Positions 1-14,205 are shown, numbered from the whole stretch's first letter. The stretch is 44,635 nucleotides of DNA, filler included, from Catajapyx aquilonaris (GCA_000934665.2; 2 parts of 2 records of this genome joined end to end with filler, not necessarily neighbours in it), one strand, 5' to 3'. The notes: generated by a model not told the origin, from the letters alone. Made by a program: numbers and translations.

Positions 1-30
1 GGGGAGGGGGGTCCAGTTGACGTGGAATGC

Positions 31-68
<38 letters not shown>

Positions 69-401
69 GCATGTCATGTCGGGCCGTCGGATTGTTTTGA
101 TGAGTCTATTTCATAAAAATAGTGAAAGAAATCAACAGCCGCCATGGGCCTTTCGGATGTGTTACACCTTACACGGACATTGTGGGAAGGTGCTTCAGGG
201 ACTGATGTCAATATTCACTTTGGAATGCAACAACTTTTCTGTAGAATTGGGCCAAATAGGGCTTTGTCTAGCGAATGAAGCCAGTGCGCATTCTCGATGA
301 ATTTATTGGAGCGCAGCGTTCGTGATGTTCTTGGAGTTGTTCCTCTGCATTTCCTACAGTGGACCATGTGGTGTACCTCAATCACATTTAGCGATGTAAT
401 A

Positions 402-1358
402 CTTGCCCAACCTCAGTGCAGTTCGCCCACCCCTAAAAAATGGAGTGGTGGGGTAATAAACAAAATGTAAGAAAAAATCACGGTTATGATTATCTGAACT
501 TTAGGACAGATAATTGTGAAGTGTAACAATGGAGTTAGGCGGACACCAAAGTTGAAGTTGATTTGGCAATTAACAACGGAAATAAATCTGATTACACCTT
601 AGACTGTGAATTTCTGTGGGGTCTGGTAAAAATAGTTGTCACTATACGTTTATACGGTATGTTACTCAGCAGGACATTAATTTTAATAATGAACCTGAGG
701 GGCCACACAAATCCGAAGTCAGAATTAAAATTAATTGCATAAAATCTACCACGGAATTTTAAAATGTTTATAGCTCGTGGACTTTTCTTGAAATTGCTAC
801 ACTTTGGTGTACAACATTTAACGGTGTTATCTATCAATAAATAAAAATGTGACAACATGCTCTATTTAGACCTCAGTCCAATGTGCTACGCTAAAAAATT
901 TCAATTCAATTAATGTGAAATGGTTTTAAAAATCCATGCATTCAAAAATATACATAAAATTCGACATCTGCAAGCAGTGATAATTTTTAAAAAAATCAGT
1001 GGTAGTTTTTTGTAACTAATTTTAATGCTGTCTTCAGGTTTGTGTGGCCCCTCTGGGTCATTTTTAAAATTAATGTCCCGATAATTAATATATGGTATAA
1101 ACCTAGTGGCAGCAATATTTTTACCAGACCCCAGGAAAATTCATTGTCCAAGGTGTAATCATATTTATTTCAGTTGTTAACACATTACTGTCAAATCAAC
1201 TTCAACTTTGGTGTCCCCCTAACTCCAATGTTATGATTCATAATTATCCATCTAAAGTCCAGATAATCTTAATGGAGATTTTTTATTGGATTTTGTTTAT
1301 TACCCCACCATCACTCCATTATTTGAGGGGTGGACGAACTACACTGAGGTTGGGCAAG
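402..1358. mobile_element. Foldback MITE with ~330-bp imperfect arms and TA flanks
   Basis: TA|CTTGCCCAACCTCAGTG...CACTGAGGTTGGGCAAG|TA; arms ~402-733 and ~1018-1358 are reverse-complementary. Confidence 0.8.
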
Positions 1359-2914
1359 TATATTAAATTTCATCTGCTTTATTGTTTAATGACTTCTGAT
1401 AAACAAACATGGAAAATTGTACCAATACAATTGTACAATAATGAAAAGTATAATCCGGACTATGTGTGGAAAATCCAGGCTCGTAGGCTGAGTCACAAGC
1501 TTTTAAAACTGGTAGTGACACTTGCGAAAGGTGCTGTGGACGGGAGGGGAGGGAGACCTAGGAGGTAAGGTCACTCGTCCCTTCCATTCCAACAGATTAT
1601 AGCTGATAACCACAAGCAGAATTGCCAATGTTAAACACACGCTATTACCATCCCCTTTTCGAAGGGTTTCAAATAGTTCCCGACCTTCCCATGCTAAGCG
1701 CTAGTGAGTCAGCGAGTGACTTCCTCCTGGGGGTGACACACAGCCTTAATTCGCGCCAATCCCCTTGTCTATTGCGCCTGTTCCGCCCTCCTCTGGTGGC
1801 GTCGCGTCGCCACCTGCGCTGAGCGCGGTTTTCGAACGACACAGTTCCAGCTTTCGCCCTGGCCTTACCGTTCGTCTCTCAGAAAACTGCTTATACCCTC
1901 GGAATCAGGATTTTTTGCCCGATTTTTAGAACACAACTTGTATTTTGAGTGGAGTGCTCCTTTAAGAGCGCCCTCCCTTGGAAACCTTCCCCCCCCACCC
2001 CAAGGCACGGGGTATTACAAACAAACCAAACAAACAAACAAAGTCACTGGAGGCCAGGCCAGGGGAGTACGGTGGGTGTGGAAGCACTCAAAGTAAGATC
2101 CATGAAAAAATCCCTTCGCCGACGCCATTTTGAGGACATTGTTCAGATTGTTGATAGCTAGGTGGTGACTGAGCAGTTGTCCGGTAGTAGGTGCGTCGCA
2201 CCTCCAAAATGTGGTTCCTGGGGGGCCTGGAGAGGTTGCCACACCCATGACTCCTGTGCATTTGGCTCCGGGAGGGTTCTGTCGATAGTGTGGGCCTATT
2301 TGCCCACATGCATGGGGCCTTTATTTGGGGGGGAAAAATTGTAAATCATTTTGGTACCGCCCTCGTACTTTCCGAAACAGGCTTGATTCATCTTTATTAT
2401 TCTTATCATTATAATAATTATTATTATAGTTCAGGTTCTTGTGAATGATAGCCAATGCACAGGACTATTTTCCGGTTATTTAGCGAAAGGAAAACGCTTT
2501 AAGTTGGCACGGTCTTGATACACTTGGTATCAACGTGGTAGACAACAACTAATAATAATATTGATCAACGTCTTATAAGGCCCTTCCATGTGAATGACAC
2601 CCCCTCCGTACAACTCACTGGTATAACTCAGCTAGGAGATTAGATGCTCGGAAAGACGACAAGTTGTCACATGTCATACATATGCCACAAAATGTCTGAA
2701 TTTATCATACGCTATGCATGACAATATTCAGCTTGTTTCCGAGGATCTTATTGCCCTCTGTTGTTTAAAGCGGGTGGCATTCAGGTCTATGGGTGGGATC
2801 TGTATTTTCATATTTGTTTATGTATAGGCCTAGGTAGGTCATCGAGATGATATAAAATCGCAGTTCATTCAAGACCCAACAAAAAATGAGAGTGGGTGGG
2901 GGATTATAATTATG

Positions 2915-2962
<48 letters not shown>

Positions 2963-2975
2963 TCTCTCTCTCTCC
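2915..2975. repeat. (CT)n microsatellite
   Basis: Direct reading. Confidence 0.95.
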
Positions 2976-3571
2976 CTCCCTTGTGGCAGACACACACAAT
3001 TGGCAAAAATTCGGGTCATGCAGGGGTCAGGTCACTCCCTAATTTGCATACCCATTGTGAATCACACCTGCAGCTGGCATTCCTGTCTTATACTTTTCAC
3101 CTTGAAGTGATGTCGAGAGAGAAGAAAGGCAGTAGATTAGCTTAATTATGATGCTCTCCAATGAATAATTATGACGGGGGATCAATTATTGCAATGCAGA
3201 CATTTTTTTCTGTGTGGATTCTTTCGCACGTGTTCATGTCTTTTGGAGCGACTACGCTTTATTACTGAAGCCGGCCGGTAAAAGGAAAAGGAACTGAGTT
3301 ATTGTTGGGATTGCTGCCTCTCAGAACGTGCTGGGTGTGTCACGTGTAGCATATACAGGGTGGATGGTTTGATATAACCAAGCACCATTTCAACCTAAGG
3401 CAACAATCAGACCATGTGTAATTTGTTTCTCACTCTGACTGGTTAGCATATTATAAATTGCAATTTAAAGGTTCTGAATGCTCTTTTTTGCTTAAATTGG
3501 CTGAAGAAAATAATCCGTATTCTCCCTCCCTCCTTCAGTGTCAAAGGTACCTGGAACTGGTCCATCTTGTA

Positions 3572-4106
3572 TATGTTAGGCTCAAACCCCGAAAACGGCC
3601 ATTGAGGTGGGGGGGNGGGGGGGGGGACGACGACGAACATTTCGCGAAATGCTGGGCAGATCGCGAATGCCCCCTTTCATACCATCAATTTTGCGAAATT
3701 CTCATTTTAAAATGGGCAGATCGCGAAATGCTCCTTTTACAAAGACCAGAACGCATTTCTGGACTACACAAAAATGTCAGGACGCAAAATTAGTGTCGTG
3801 GCTGGTTCAGTAGATGCTGGAAATAAATCAGTCTATTGTTGTTATCTACCTTACATGGCGTAGTGAGAAACAAGAAACTGTCACAGCGCGTTGTGGGCTT
3901 TTTCTGAACTAGCCACGACACTAATTTCGCTTCCTGATATTTTTGTGTAGTCCAGAAGAGCGTTCTGGTCTTTTTAAAAGATGCATTTCGCGATCTGCGC
4001 CTTTTAGCTTGAACATTTTGCGATCTGCTTGTTTTGAACAGAGCATACCGCGAAATGGTAGGTTTTTTGTCTCAATTGCCATTTTCGGGATTTGCGCCTA
4101 ACCTAT
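3572..4106. mobile_element. Foldback MITE
   Basis: Ends GTTAGGCTCAAACCCCGAAAACGGCCATTGAG / CTCAATTGCCATTTTCGGGATTTGCGCCTAAC; inner inverted arms 3716-3810 and 3904-3998. Confidence 0.75.
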
Positions 4107-4486
4107 ACATACACACACACTGTACACATAAATACATAATGCGCACCGTAAGTTACGTACTTATAGGCCAGCTCGCCTGGAATGATTGTATCCCCCACAT
4201 CATTTCACCTCTCCCCGTTCGCCCTCCTCCATCGCTCCTTAAAAGTAAATAAATGACTCGAACTTCTCTGTATGTTTCATTTTTGTTATCACTCATGCAA
4301 TAATGTTACATGCTAAAATTGAGAGGATTCGGACAAACTCAGGACAGTAGTTTTGTTGACAACACCACATTTTGTCACGCCGAAAGAAAGTTCCTCTAGG
4401 CCTACATCGGACACTGTAAGTTTCTTTCTTAAAAAGCTCAAATAAGATACAATCGTTGGAGAGATTGTTAAAAAAAGAAGAAAATA

Positions 4487-4885
4487 CAGGGTGTTTCACA
4501 AAGAATTGACCATATTTTTCTTACTGCTCTACCTAGAAACACGATGTTTGGTTTAAATACTTTAAAACTGACCGTAGTTCATGGGAATGCAGCACCATCG
4601 CAATAAATAATGTTGTAATATTGACCTTCAGCGACCTCCACACGCACTCGAAGGCGGCACGACGCGAGGCTCCTTATTATCGAAGGCCCTCCATAGGATA
4701 TCGACATTAATAGTCAGGATTGCTGCACCAAGTGTGTTTTGGACCAATACAGTAGCAGATGACCTCCTTTAGAAGAAGAAAAAATAGAAGAAGTGAAGCA
4801 CAGGCTGCTGGAATGACCCAAAAAGTCACCACGATTTTGTCACAAGAAACCGGCTTTCCTGTTTCCACCTGTCCAAAGAGCCAAG
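4487..4885 (+). mobile_element. Tc1/mariner-superfamily relic (left TIR plus HTH fragment of transposase)
   Basis: Starts TA|CAGGGTGTTTCAC. About 4775-4880 translates, with a stop and a frameshift, to EEKIEEVKHRLLE*PKKS..LSQETGFPVSTC, resembling the SPKKSLRRLSQETG HTH of mariner-like transposases. Confidence 0.55.
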
Positions 4886-5532
4886 AATGGGGATCACGGT
4901 CATAATTATAAGTAAGGCCTGGTCACTCCTGCCCACCCACTTCCGGGGCGCTTTGCAGCTGGTGCTCACCTGAGAGCGCCATGAGACATTTCGGGGCCCA
5001 GGTAAGTGGCGACCCTACCGGACTAGGCTCAATAGTTACGGCTCAATAGTTATGGTTTGCAAGCAATGGGTTGTCGAGCAGACCGAGGAAGAATGTGTTA
5101 CTAAAATTCACTTTGCATGGTCAGTGGTAATATATTATCTGCAGCAGTTAGCACCTCTTGTATACCTTATTTGTAAAGAGATAAGAAGACGCTTTTATTT
5201 GACACCAAAATCAGGCCAATCGGTGAGAAAATAAGGAATATACGAGGATTTTTCTAAACGGACGCAGAAAATGTGACAGCCTGAATCGCAACAAAATCGA
5301 CATTTTTAAAATGTCTCCTAAACCCAATTTTGGACTTCAAAATTGAATTAAATAATTTGGTGTTATTTCATAAGTAGCTGCTCATGTTAAATTTTGAAAC
5401 AACATATCTGAGACGTGAGAGCACGGTTGAACATTGAAATCAGGTGATCCGGCGTGGAATGACCCAATTTCTATAATATGTTTCATTCATTTAATGTTGT
5501 GAGTATTGTGTCTAATTATATACATGTTTATG

Positions 5533-5606
<74 letters not shown>
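5533..5606. repeat. (GAT)n microsatellite
   Basis: Direct reading; the source of the poly-M/S/I ORFs. Confidence 0.95.
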
Positions 5607-5843
5607 GCGGCGACTTCTGCCATCCAGGACAGGTCCACGTGTCGTGGAACACTCCAACAACCCTTGACGACAAGGGTGTTAATAATGTGAATCCGTATGT
5701 ACACATCTGAATGTAAATGTAACTTGCAAAATAATGACACCAACAAAAGTTTGTAATGATTTCATCTGGATAAACAAGTTAAAGTTTGAAAATGAATCTT
5801 TTTATTTATTTATTGCACAATGTTTGAATAACTTGTTCATTAC

Positions 5844-6605
5844 TAAGAGTCCGGATTTTTAGGCAAATGCCTATTTAGTTAATTAACAGTTGAGATGGTT
5901 CTATGAAGAGATCTACACGTTCATAAGTGAGGAATGAGGATGTGAAAAATGTAGGTTTTATAGTGCCTAAAATGGCATATTTCGTGGGTTTGGGAACTGT
6001 TTTGCCTATTCTGTGTGTTTGCCTCTTTTCATGCCTACTTGGCCTTTTTCGGGATAGTTTTTGAACTTTTTGAAGCAATCTCGGGGCTTTTTGGGCCTAT
6101 TCCGAACCTATTCTTTCAGAGGCACGTTTGATTTTTTTGCGGTGTATTTTTTGTCCTCCTGAAAGGACCAAAATCGTTCAGAAGTAATACGAATCATGAT
6201 ACCATGACGCGTACGCCAAATATTTGTCTAAATTTTCCTCTGATTGAAACCATCAGAGGAAAACAATTTAGAAATATATTTGGCAAAATATTGTTTCAGT
6301 GGAAACTGGCTATAGCCTATAAAGCGGTAGAGTCCACGCAGAGCAAGTGATACTTGCTTGCAGTTTGTGTCTTATGCTAAAGTTTTGTGATTTCATGTCA
6401 GTTTCTCGTTGTTATTGGGTTTTTGCTCTGGTTTGTCACCTTATACATATTTATACTTTATAGGTCTATGAAATTATTATCGTTTTTAAAAAATTCTGTA
6501 GCATTTTATCCTCCATATGCCCGCAAAAGTCAAATTTCGGTGCCTCTTTTGAGGTTTTTTCGTGCCTATTTCGGGGGTTTTCCGTGCCTAAAAATTCGGA
6601 CTCGA
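5844..6605. mobile_element. hAT-like MITE with 8-bp TSD
   Basis: TIR GAGTCCGGATTTTTAGGCA / TGCCTAAAAATTCGGACTC; TTCATTAC duplicated at 5836-5843 and 6606-6613; subterminal GCCTATT repeats. Confidence 0.75.
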
Positions 6606-8861
6606 TTCATTACAGCAGAGACAGTGTTTGGGCAAGAAAGGACAACGATGAAAAATAAACAGCTAATATTTCTTTGTTCCATAAGGTATACCAATCGATA
6701 CAGCAAAAATATGTCACCCGACACATTTTTGCCGTGTCGCTTGGCATACCCTATATTGTGTCATCCGACACACAGCGTTTTGTACGGAATTCGGCACGGA
6801 TAAGCGTGTCAGGTGACACGACTCCTTGACACAGACAAGTGTGTCAGTTAGGATGACACGTTTAAAATGTGTCGACTGACACATGTAAGTGTGCCGTTTT
6901 CGGCGCAAATTCTGACACGTTTTAATGTGTCAAAACATTTTGTCTGTATTACCCCTAGAAGTTTGTAAATTTAGGTCGTAAACACCCTGTATATTACGAG
7001 CAACTACTTTATGTAGCTAATACCAAGTTCATTTTTTGAAACTTGTATTACGTAGGATGACACATCTGCAGAAACGGAGGCGACATAATCTTTATGAATT
7101 GTTGCCTACAAGCAGTCCATAAACCATCGGATGTCACAAACATATTATTCACTTGTTTCGTAAAAACAAAACAAAAATGAACCGTTTGGTGCAAAAACCG
7201 GATAAGTCCACTTATGGCCGAAAATGAGTTCTGGGTGGTTCTGCCACCTTGGGGCCATTCTGCATCTTTTGATACAAAAATCAGACCTGTCATGACTGTA
7301 GGCCACTGAGGAAATGTAGCCCTCCCAAGTGACAGCGCAACAGTGGTGACCCGACCCCGTTTTCATATTATACATAAGTCGATATTACAAAATGAGTTAT
7401 ACTATGCTGAAATCTTTCTAATCATAGATAGAATAGTCCAAAGCATTTGAAACCGGTATATGTTCAATTGTAGAACCTGAAAATGCAAAGGTACAGCTCG
7501 TCAAAATAGAGGGAAATTCAAATGCGTACTTTTCAGGTTTTTCTCAACAATTTTTGGCCGTCGTCACACTTAGGCTAATGATCGCCAAATCTAAAGGGCC
7601 GTTCAGATATGGCAACTGGTTGCGCAACGTAAAATACACGGAGAGAACAGGAAGTTGCTCGCAACCAAAATAATTCTGCAATTAGCGCCGCAACCGGGGC
7701 CTGTCACCTGGGATATAATTATACGGCACCGTATGTCATAAGGGCAAGATGGCTGAAAATGAGTGGAGGCGTGCTTTTCAGGCGCACTTTGCGTGGTCAG
7801 ATGACGACTAAATCACATACCGTACTAAGGGCAATCTTTCCTTGGGATATATAAATACCGGTACTGAAGAAATTATGCAATAGGTGTTGGAAAACCACAT
7901 GATAGCTGACAGGTCAGACTATATTGCAAATTACAGACCATATGAAGTAAACGTATTATGAACTCGCTGCATATTTGATAGTATGTTGTGACTTAATTAG
8001 TGCTTGTTCACTGTGCTGTAAGAATGCAGCTACTTCCTTGATATTTCTTTTCAAAAATCTGGTTTGTAGACTATTTTCCTTGTTGCAAAAATCCATGAAA
8101 ATGTCACATTTTCAGAGAGAGATTCAAAGGTTTAAGGGGGCACTAGAGTCAAAATCAAGGGTTTCGTAAAAAAAATATACCAAAAAAACCATTAGAGACA
8201 AGAAGTTGGGACTTCATTTTCATGAATGTACTATATCGCCCAAAAAGATAGAGACGATTTTGCATTTGACTCAAGTGCAACTTGCACTTGAATCAAATGC
8301 CAATCGTCTCTATCTTTTTCAGCGATATAGTACAGTACATAAGTCAAAGACCTATTAGCCCATATAATCGAATCGCGATCGTGTGTCGAAGGGCCTCCAG
8401 GGCCGCGTGACGTCACGCCACTGTAACCACGATTTATATTATTTAATTCAATTTTGAAGTCCAAAATTGGGTTTAGGAGACATTTTAAAAATGTCGATTT
8501 TGTTGCGATTCAGGCTGTCACATTTTCTGCGTCCGTTTAGAAAAATCCTCGTATATTCCTTATTTTCTCACCGATTGGCCTGATTTTGGTGTCAAATAAA
8601 AGCGTCTTCTTATCTCTTTACAAATAAGGTATACAAGAGGTGCTAACTGCTGCAGATAATATATTACCACTGACCATGCAAAGTGAATTTTAGTAACATT
8701 CTACCTCGGTTTGCTCGACAATCCATAGCTTGCAAACCATAACAAACACATGTATGATTTTTTTTTGTAGAATGAGCTAACCATGTACTTGTTATACGTA
8801 CTTTAAAATTAATAAGGATGGTGTTTTTTGTAATTATCAAATTAAAAATCATTTGTTTATA

Positions 8862-9265
8862 CAGGGTGACCAGCAGTGAATAAAATACAATTTCCCTGTG
8901 TTTTCCCTGCGTCTTCATTGACTATTTTTCTTCCTCTTTTTTCGGAACCTATGTGCAAATTTCACAAAATTTAAGAAAACTTGAAAAATGTTGATACCGA
9001 AAAAAACCAATACCACCGTTGGAATTGATTTCTCACACCAAACTTAATAAAGAAACGTCAAAATATCCTTCCAGATCAACAAAAAAAAAAGGTTGTCAAA
9101 AAATTTGTCAGGCAACAAAATTGAAATTTCGTTTCCTAGTGTGATTTTAGCATATTTTGAGTCATTGACACGAATTTCCTTGTATTTTCCCTGTCTACAG
9201 GCTAATTTCCAATTTCCCTCTGTTTTCCCTGTGTTCCCTGTTTTCCCTGACCGCTGGTCACCCTG
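8862..9265. mobile_element. MITE (hAT-like termini) with TTCCCTG subterminal repeats
   Basis: TIR CAGGGTGACCAGC / GCTGGTCACCCTG; no clean 8-bp TSD. Confidence 0.65.
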
Positions 9266-9766
9266 TTATATAGAATAGGCAAATTTGGGCCGGGGGTGGA
9301 TATATATTTTTTGGAAATATAATTTTTGTTTTAAAACATTATTTGGGACGCCCTGTACCTCCTGTGAAAAGTTCTAAAAGATGCGGACTGGGCAACCTAT
9401 ATTTAAATTTTGGAGAAATGTCCCCCGATTTGTAAATTTCGAAAAATCGCGTTTATATGAGTACCGTAGGCCATAAAATGACACTGCTTTCGCTATTTTA
9501 CTTTAAATGCTTTCTAAAACTGAAACTATATTAGACTATACTTAGACTATACATATACTATACTATACTATACTAGGGTCTGGTACGTAATATCGAAAGA
9601 CATAATACAGACAGAATAAATTTCCGACAGCTTCATTACCGAAAATATATACAAAGAACATATACCTTTCCACTTTTTTCCCGTCGGTATTTTATCCCGT
9701 CCGTATTTTTTCCGTAGGTATTAGACCCGGGACCGACTATACTATACTATACTTAAGACTATATTG

Positions 9767-10023
9767 AAGACCTATAGTAAAAAAGGCAGTAAGTGCCATT
9801 TTGGGAGAATGCATAAAATGATGTTTTTCTCATGGCATCACTATGAGGTGACAATCACAATTATGAAATAATATTCTATTGACTGCAAGAAAAACTACTA
9901 CGGGTTGCTTCTGGCACTTGATGCATATTTTACAATATTGCCCTTGACGTTTACTACTGTTTTTACTTCATATCTCCATTTTCGCATTTTTGGCACTTAC
10001 TATCTTTTTTACTATCGGTCTTC
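9767..10023. mobile_element. MITE inserted in an (ACTAT)n-like tract
   Basis: TIR GAAGACCTATAGTAAAAAAAGGCAGTAAGTGCCA / TGGCACTTACTATCTTTTTTACTATCGGTCTTC. Confidence 0.7.
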
Positions 10024-10095
10024 ATATATTAACTATACTTAGACTATATCATGACGGACTTAATGATTGAAAAATATTTCATTTTATGTATATAC

Positions 10096-10519
10096 CGGGG
10101 TGTATCTGAACTCAGTGCCCCGACGTATATGACTGCCTTCCTAGCCACCATAGGATCGATTTAAGTATAGGAGTCATATGTCTGGGCAGCCTCATTACTG
10201 AGATACACTCTTTAGCGATTTTTGCCTAATCGCTCCTTCTGACTTTTAAATAGAATTTTCTGGTGTAACTAGCCAAAGAGGCCTTACCACCTGTGGGCAA
10301 CAAACCAACAAAGTCCCGCCCCCAGACCTTCCAGAGCCTTCTGACTGGGGGAGGGTTCGATGGGTGGCCTAACCGACAGGATATTTTGTACTACATGTTT
10401 GCGGCCAATTATCTCCGTAATGCGGCGGCCAAACATAATGACTCCCATACTTAAATCGATCCTCTGGTGGCTAGGAAGGCAGTCATATACGTCGGGGCAC
10501 TGAGTTCAGATACACCCTG
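10096..10519. mobile_element. Tc1/mariner-type MITE
   Basis: ~85-bp TIR GGGTGTATCTGAACTCAGTGCCCCGACGTATATGACTGCCTTCCTAGCCACC... with its reverse complement at 10434-10519. Confidence 0.85.
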
Positions 10520-11285
10520 CTATTATGATGCCCTTTAAAACAGCCTTGATAGTCTGGATCTTGTTCCAATTCGTTGCACTAGACTGCATTTCTCCCTGGG
10601 CCGCCTCACTTTCTTGGCTTTTTTCCCTCCGTGAAACTACAATAATGGTGCATCTCCTACTATAACTTCTGACATCATCATCATCATCATCATTCATTAT
10701 ACATGACTCTGTGATAGTCTCGAGTGCCCAAAACGAATCATGTTCCTCTACAGTGATGTAGAATGTGAAGTCATAAGCAAGTGATGTTAAAGCCCCAAAA
10801 TAATGTGTGGAGCAGGCCACCCACGTGTGGAACTGACTCCAAATTAAAACCTGTTGTTCGGATTTGAGACTGGCGGCCAGTGGGTGCTGACAGCTCATTT
10901 CCTACTCGAAAAAAGGAACCCTTTCCCACCTACTCACCCAAACTTGATCTTTGTGATAGGAAAGGGATATACAGTACGGTATTCTTGAACTCAACTGGGC
11001 CACACAGGTGGACATCAGACATAATATGCTAGAGCTCTTTGATATTTATTATTAAGAAGCACAAATAATATGAATGATAGCCAGTAGCCACCTACACGTT
11101 CGTCTTGTGAGTTTTCGTGATACGAGGCCACATGATAAATCCAAAGGCGATTTCCACCCTGGAATGATTCACCTTACAAGTCAGAAATGATCATACTGTG
11201 TATAGTGAGGAGTCACGTTGATGGAATGTTGATGGTTGTGCAAGTGTTGGAGGAGGGAGTGAGAATCAAGCCTCCTCCACGCTGC

Positions 11286-11347
11286 CACTGCACTGCACTG
11301 CACTGCACTGCACTGCACTGCACTGCACTGCACTGCACTGCACTGCA
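11286..11347. repeat. (CACTG)n microsatellite
   Basis: Direct reading. Confidence 0.95.
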
Positions 11348-11474
11348 TAGTATCAACTCCTTCTCGGAAATACAGGAGGAGGTTCACATATTTTACAAGG
11401 TCACCACGTCATTCTCAAGAGTTATCAATGCCTCTTGAACTTCTTGTGGTATGCTCGTATACTGTACTGTTAAG

Positions 11475-11678
11475 TAGGTCATTATCAAAACCAGGCTGGT
11501 TTTGAACATTTCACAAAATAAGCTTACCAACAGTATGTATAGCCAATGCTAAATCGCTATTGGTTTAAGTCCCACTGGACAAGTGCACTTGGACCGTGAA
11601 ATGACTCGCTAAATCTGAAATTCCTGTTTTCTGAAATATTCGTTACGCAATAGACAACCTGGTTTTGATAATGGCCTA
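11475..11678. mobile_element. Small MITE
   Basis: TIR TAGGTCATTATCAAAACCAGG / CCTGGTTTTGATAATGGCCTA. Confidence 0.65.
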
Positions 11679-12911
11679 TTTACGTAAAGCGCTGTACCAT
11701 TGTTTTTGCAAGAAAATAAACAACAGCTTCGTGTAGTATTTGAATGACTCAATTGCTAGCAATGTATTCAACAGCTGGAATGTGGGGGACTCATAATCCA
11801 GAAGAGCTGCAAATTAGGGACTGTTTACTCGACCTTTAGGACATTAAATGGTAGAACAACATTACTGATAGCCACAGGCGGAATCCTAATTTTTCTGCTC
11901 GCGATTTTCTCGAACAATAGATTATTAGTATCTTGGCTCCTTCCTCCACCCCCTCCTCCCTGCTGTCCATCAATCTCCCAGCCTTTATTATTAGGTAACA
12001 AGGGGTATAAATGAGTATAGGGCGCGATATGTCTCAAGACACGACTGTCTCCATTTCAATACAATCAGGGTACCCAAGATATGGGCGGGGGCAATACAGC
12101 ATGTAAATCATCGCAGCAGCCAGTAACAACAACAATGTTTTGGATCTTGATGTGCCAAGCTCGAGCTTATTTAGTAATAATATTATACGGGTGTGGGTCC
12201 AGCATGCTACTGATGATTCCCATACGCTGTAATAGTCATAATTATTAGGATGATGCGTTCTTTTATCCCTTCCCGCGACTAACATTATTGTGATTATCAA
12301 CCCTGACAACGGGGTTCCATCAAGACGTCCATTACTTCTCTCTAATTGGCCATTGATGCTGCTGATGCTTTGATGAAAGCAAAAAAAAGCCACCTTCCAC
12401 AAAAAAATGATTACAATATGCACAAAAAGTGCGCCAGAAGCATATCGAGTTGCTTACACACCCACGTGTACCAGCTTTCCTTATACATATACACCGTATT
12501 TCATAACCTTATCGGGCATTTCAGCCTCTAGGTTTAGAGGCCAAGTCCTTCATTTTTATCTTGCCCAGACAACGCTCATCTATTTCCCTCTTATTTGCAT
12601 ATTTGCCAACAAAATTGAAAGATTATTACAGACCAGCTGCACTCCCTGCAAATGACTTTCACAAGCCCTGACTTACGACCAACGCAAGTTACACGAGTAA
12701 CGTGTATAAGTTAGTGCATTCCATCCCCCCCCCCCCTCCCACTTGTTCCCCTAATGAAATCATTCGTGGACCTAATGATGCAAGTTCATTGGAAGTTGAA
12801 CGGAAATGGCTGCTGATCTCACTGGGAAAGACCCCTCTGTCGTGTCTGCATGACCAGTCACCCAAAAACTGCACCAGTCGCTCTGGGGCCCAACCAGTCA
12901 TACATAATATA

Positions 12912-13121
12912 CAGGGTGTCTCAACTTTTTTGTCCGAACAGTTATCGGAAAGGCCTATGTATCTTCTAGCTATGTAGCCAGAATATGCCCCAACATTCCT
13001 GGCACATCCCTCAACTGATAAAGCCAGGGAAGCATCACTGGTTGCAAGTCACTGCTCAAAAATAAGCAACTTGGTGTAATATTTCCGATAATTGTTCGGA
13101 CAAAAAAGTTGAGACACCCTG
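12912..13121. mobile_element. Tc1/mariner-type MITE
   Basis: TA|CAGGGTGTCTCAACTTTTTTGTCCGAACA...TGTTCGGACAAAAAAGTTGAGACACCCTG|TA. Confidence 0.85.
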
Positions 13122-13486
13122 TATATATATAGGGTATTAGAGAGCCCCGCGTTTCTGAGCGTTTCAACCCTCTTGACGTAGTGTAAACACTATCTGAAAG
13201 AAAATAGGTTTTATCCAAGCTGCTCTCTTGGAGGGTTCAAATACAAGACGATAGGAACGAGACCTCCCAAAAGCGACATAAAATAATAGTTGCACACTTG
13301 TACTGGAAACTTAGCAGCAAGCGTTGTGCCAATTGCCCATTTTACACTTGAAACAATCATGTTCACCTGTAAACACGTCTGAAAGAATGCTTCACCAGCC
13401 GTTAGTAAGAAGCAGGTTTTTGCGGAGCTCTTCGCAACAGTAGTATTATTATTATTATTACTACTACTATAGTAGTAGTAATAATA

Positions 13487-14000
13487 CAGCCGAATATTGA
13501 TTATAACAGACTCGAAGGGGCCGCGTAGAAAAAGTCTGTTACAGCCAAATCGCCACTATTGCAACGAATACACATCATGCTTTATATACGTCTTATAATG
13601 CACACTACTGCATACGGATTGATGAAACTTTCCGCAAACATGTCAAATGAGCTGATGCAGGACCCGTGCCGTGCTACAACTGAACAAATCCGTCATTTTC
13701 TTCTGCCAAATATACCAGAAAAGTATGATTGGGACCTTTTCGGCAAAATAGTGTAGGATGAGTGACAAGTGGGAAAATCACCTCCGTTCCAGTATGCAGT
13801 GCTTTCCTCACATGGGAAAGAAAGCATGCTGAGTAATCAAAAGCAGCTTTTTTCCAGCGATGGGGCAAGAAATTGTGTGTAATGGCCGAGGTGGGGTGAA
13901 AAATGAGTCTGTTATATCAGGGTTATTTGGGATGAATGGAAGTTTGTCGGGACCGCCCTTTGAAGTCTGTTATAAGCGAAAGTCTGTTATACCCGGATTC
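13487..14000. mobile_element. pogo/Tigger-like MITE relic
   Basis: Starts TA|CAGCCGAATATTGATTATAACAGACTCGAAGGGGCCG, with repeated AGTCTGTTATA motifs and GTCGGGACC near the right end. Confidence 0.5.
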
Positions 14001-14143
14001 TAATCCAGTAACTTACAGGGCATTGCTTCTTCCCCAACGTGATTGTTGTAACAGTCAAAAATGGTAGCTAGACTCTGACGTGGTCAAACTATCATTCTGT
14101 CGTTGCTTATTCTGACTTGGAATTGAACCCAACTTACCTCCAA

Positions 14144-14205
14144 GACTGACTGACTGACTGACTGACTGACTGACTGACTGACTGACTGACTGACTGACTG
14201 ACTGA
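14144..14205. repeat. (GACT)n microsatellite
   Basis: Direct reading. Confidence 0.95.

Larger units (their letters stand above)
5049..8743. repeat. Pair of ~305-bp near-identical inverted repeats (5049-5356 and 8438-8743) about 3.1 kb apart
   Basis: Direct reading shows the second block is the reverse complement of the first with only a few differences near the outer end. Confidence 0.85.

Noticed and set aside
1783..1801. CTCF-like motif (reverse complement CGCCACCAGAGGAGGGCG)
   Set aside because: The spacing deviates from consensus and it lies in a probable transposon fragment ending GTGGAGTGCTCCT|TTAA.
5478..5746. ORFs with poly-Met/Ser/Ile runs (also poly-His 18820-19272, SQSV and HCTAL repeats)
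   Set aside because: Translations of microsatellites.
10506..10898. 130-aa minus-strand ORF
   Set aside because: No homology cues; it includes a microsatellite-derived poly-Asp and ends inside a MITE TIR.
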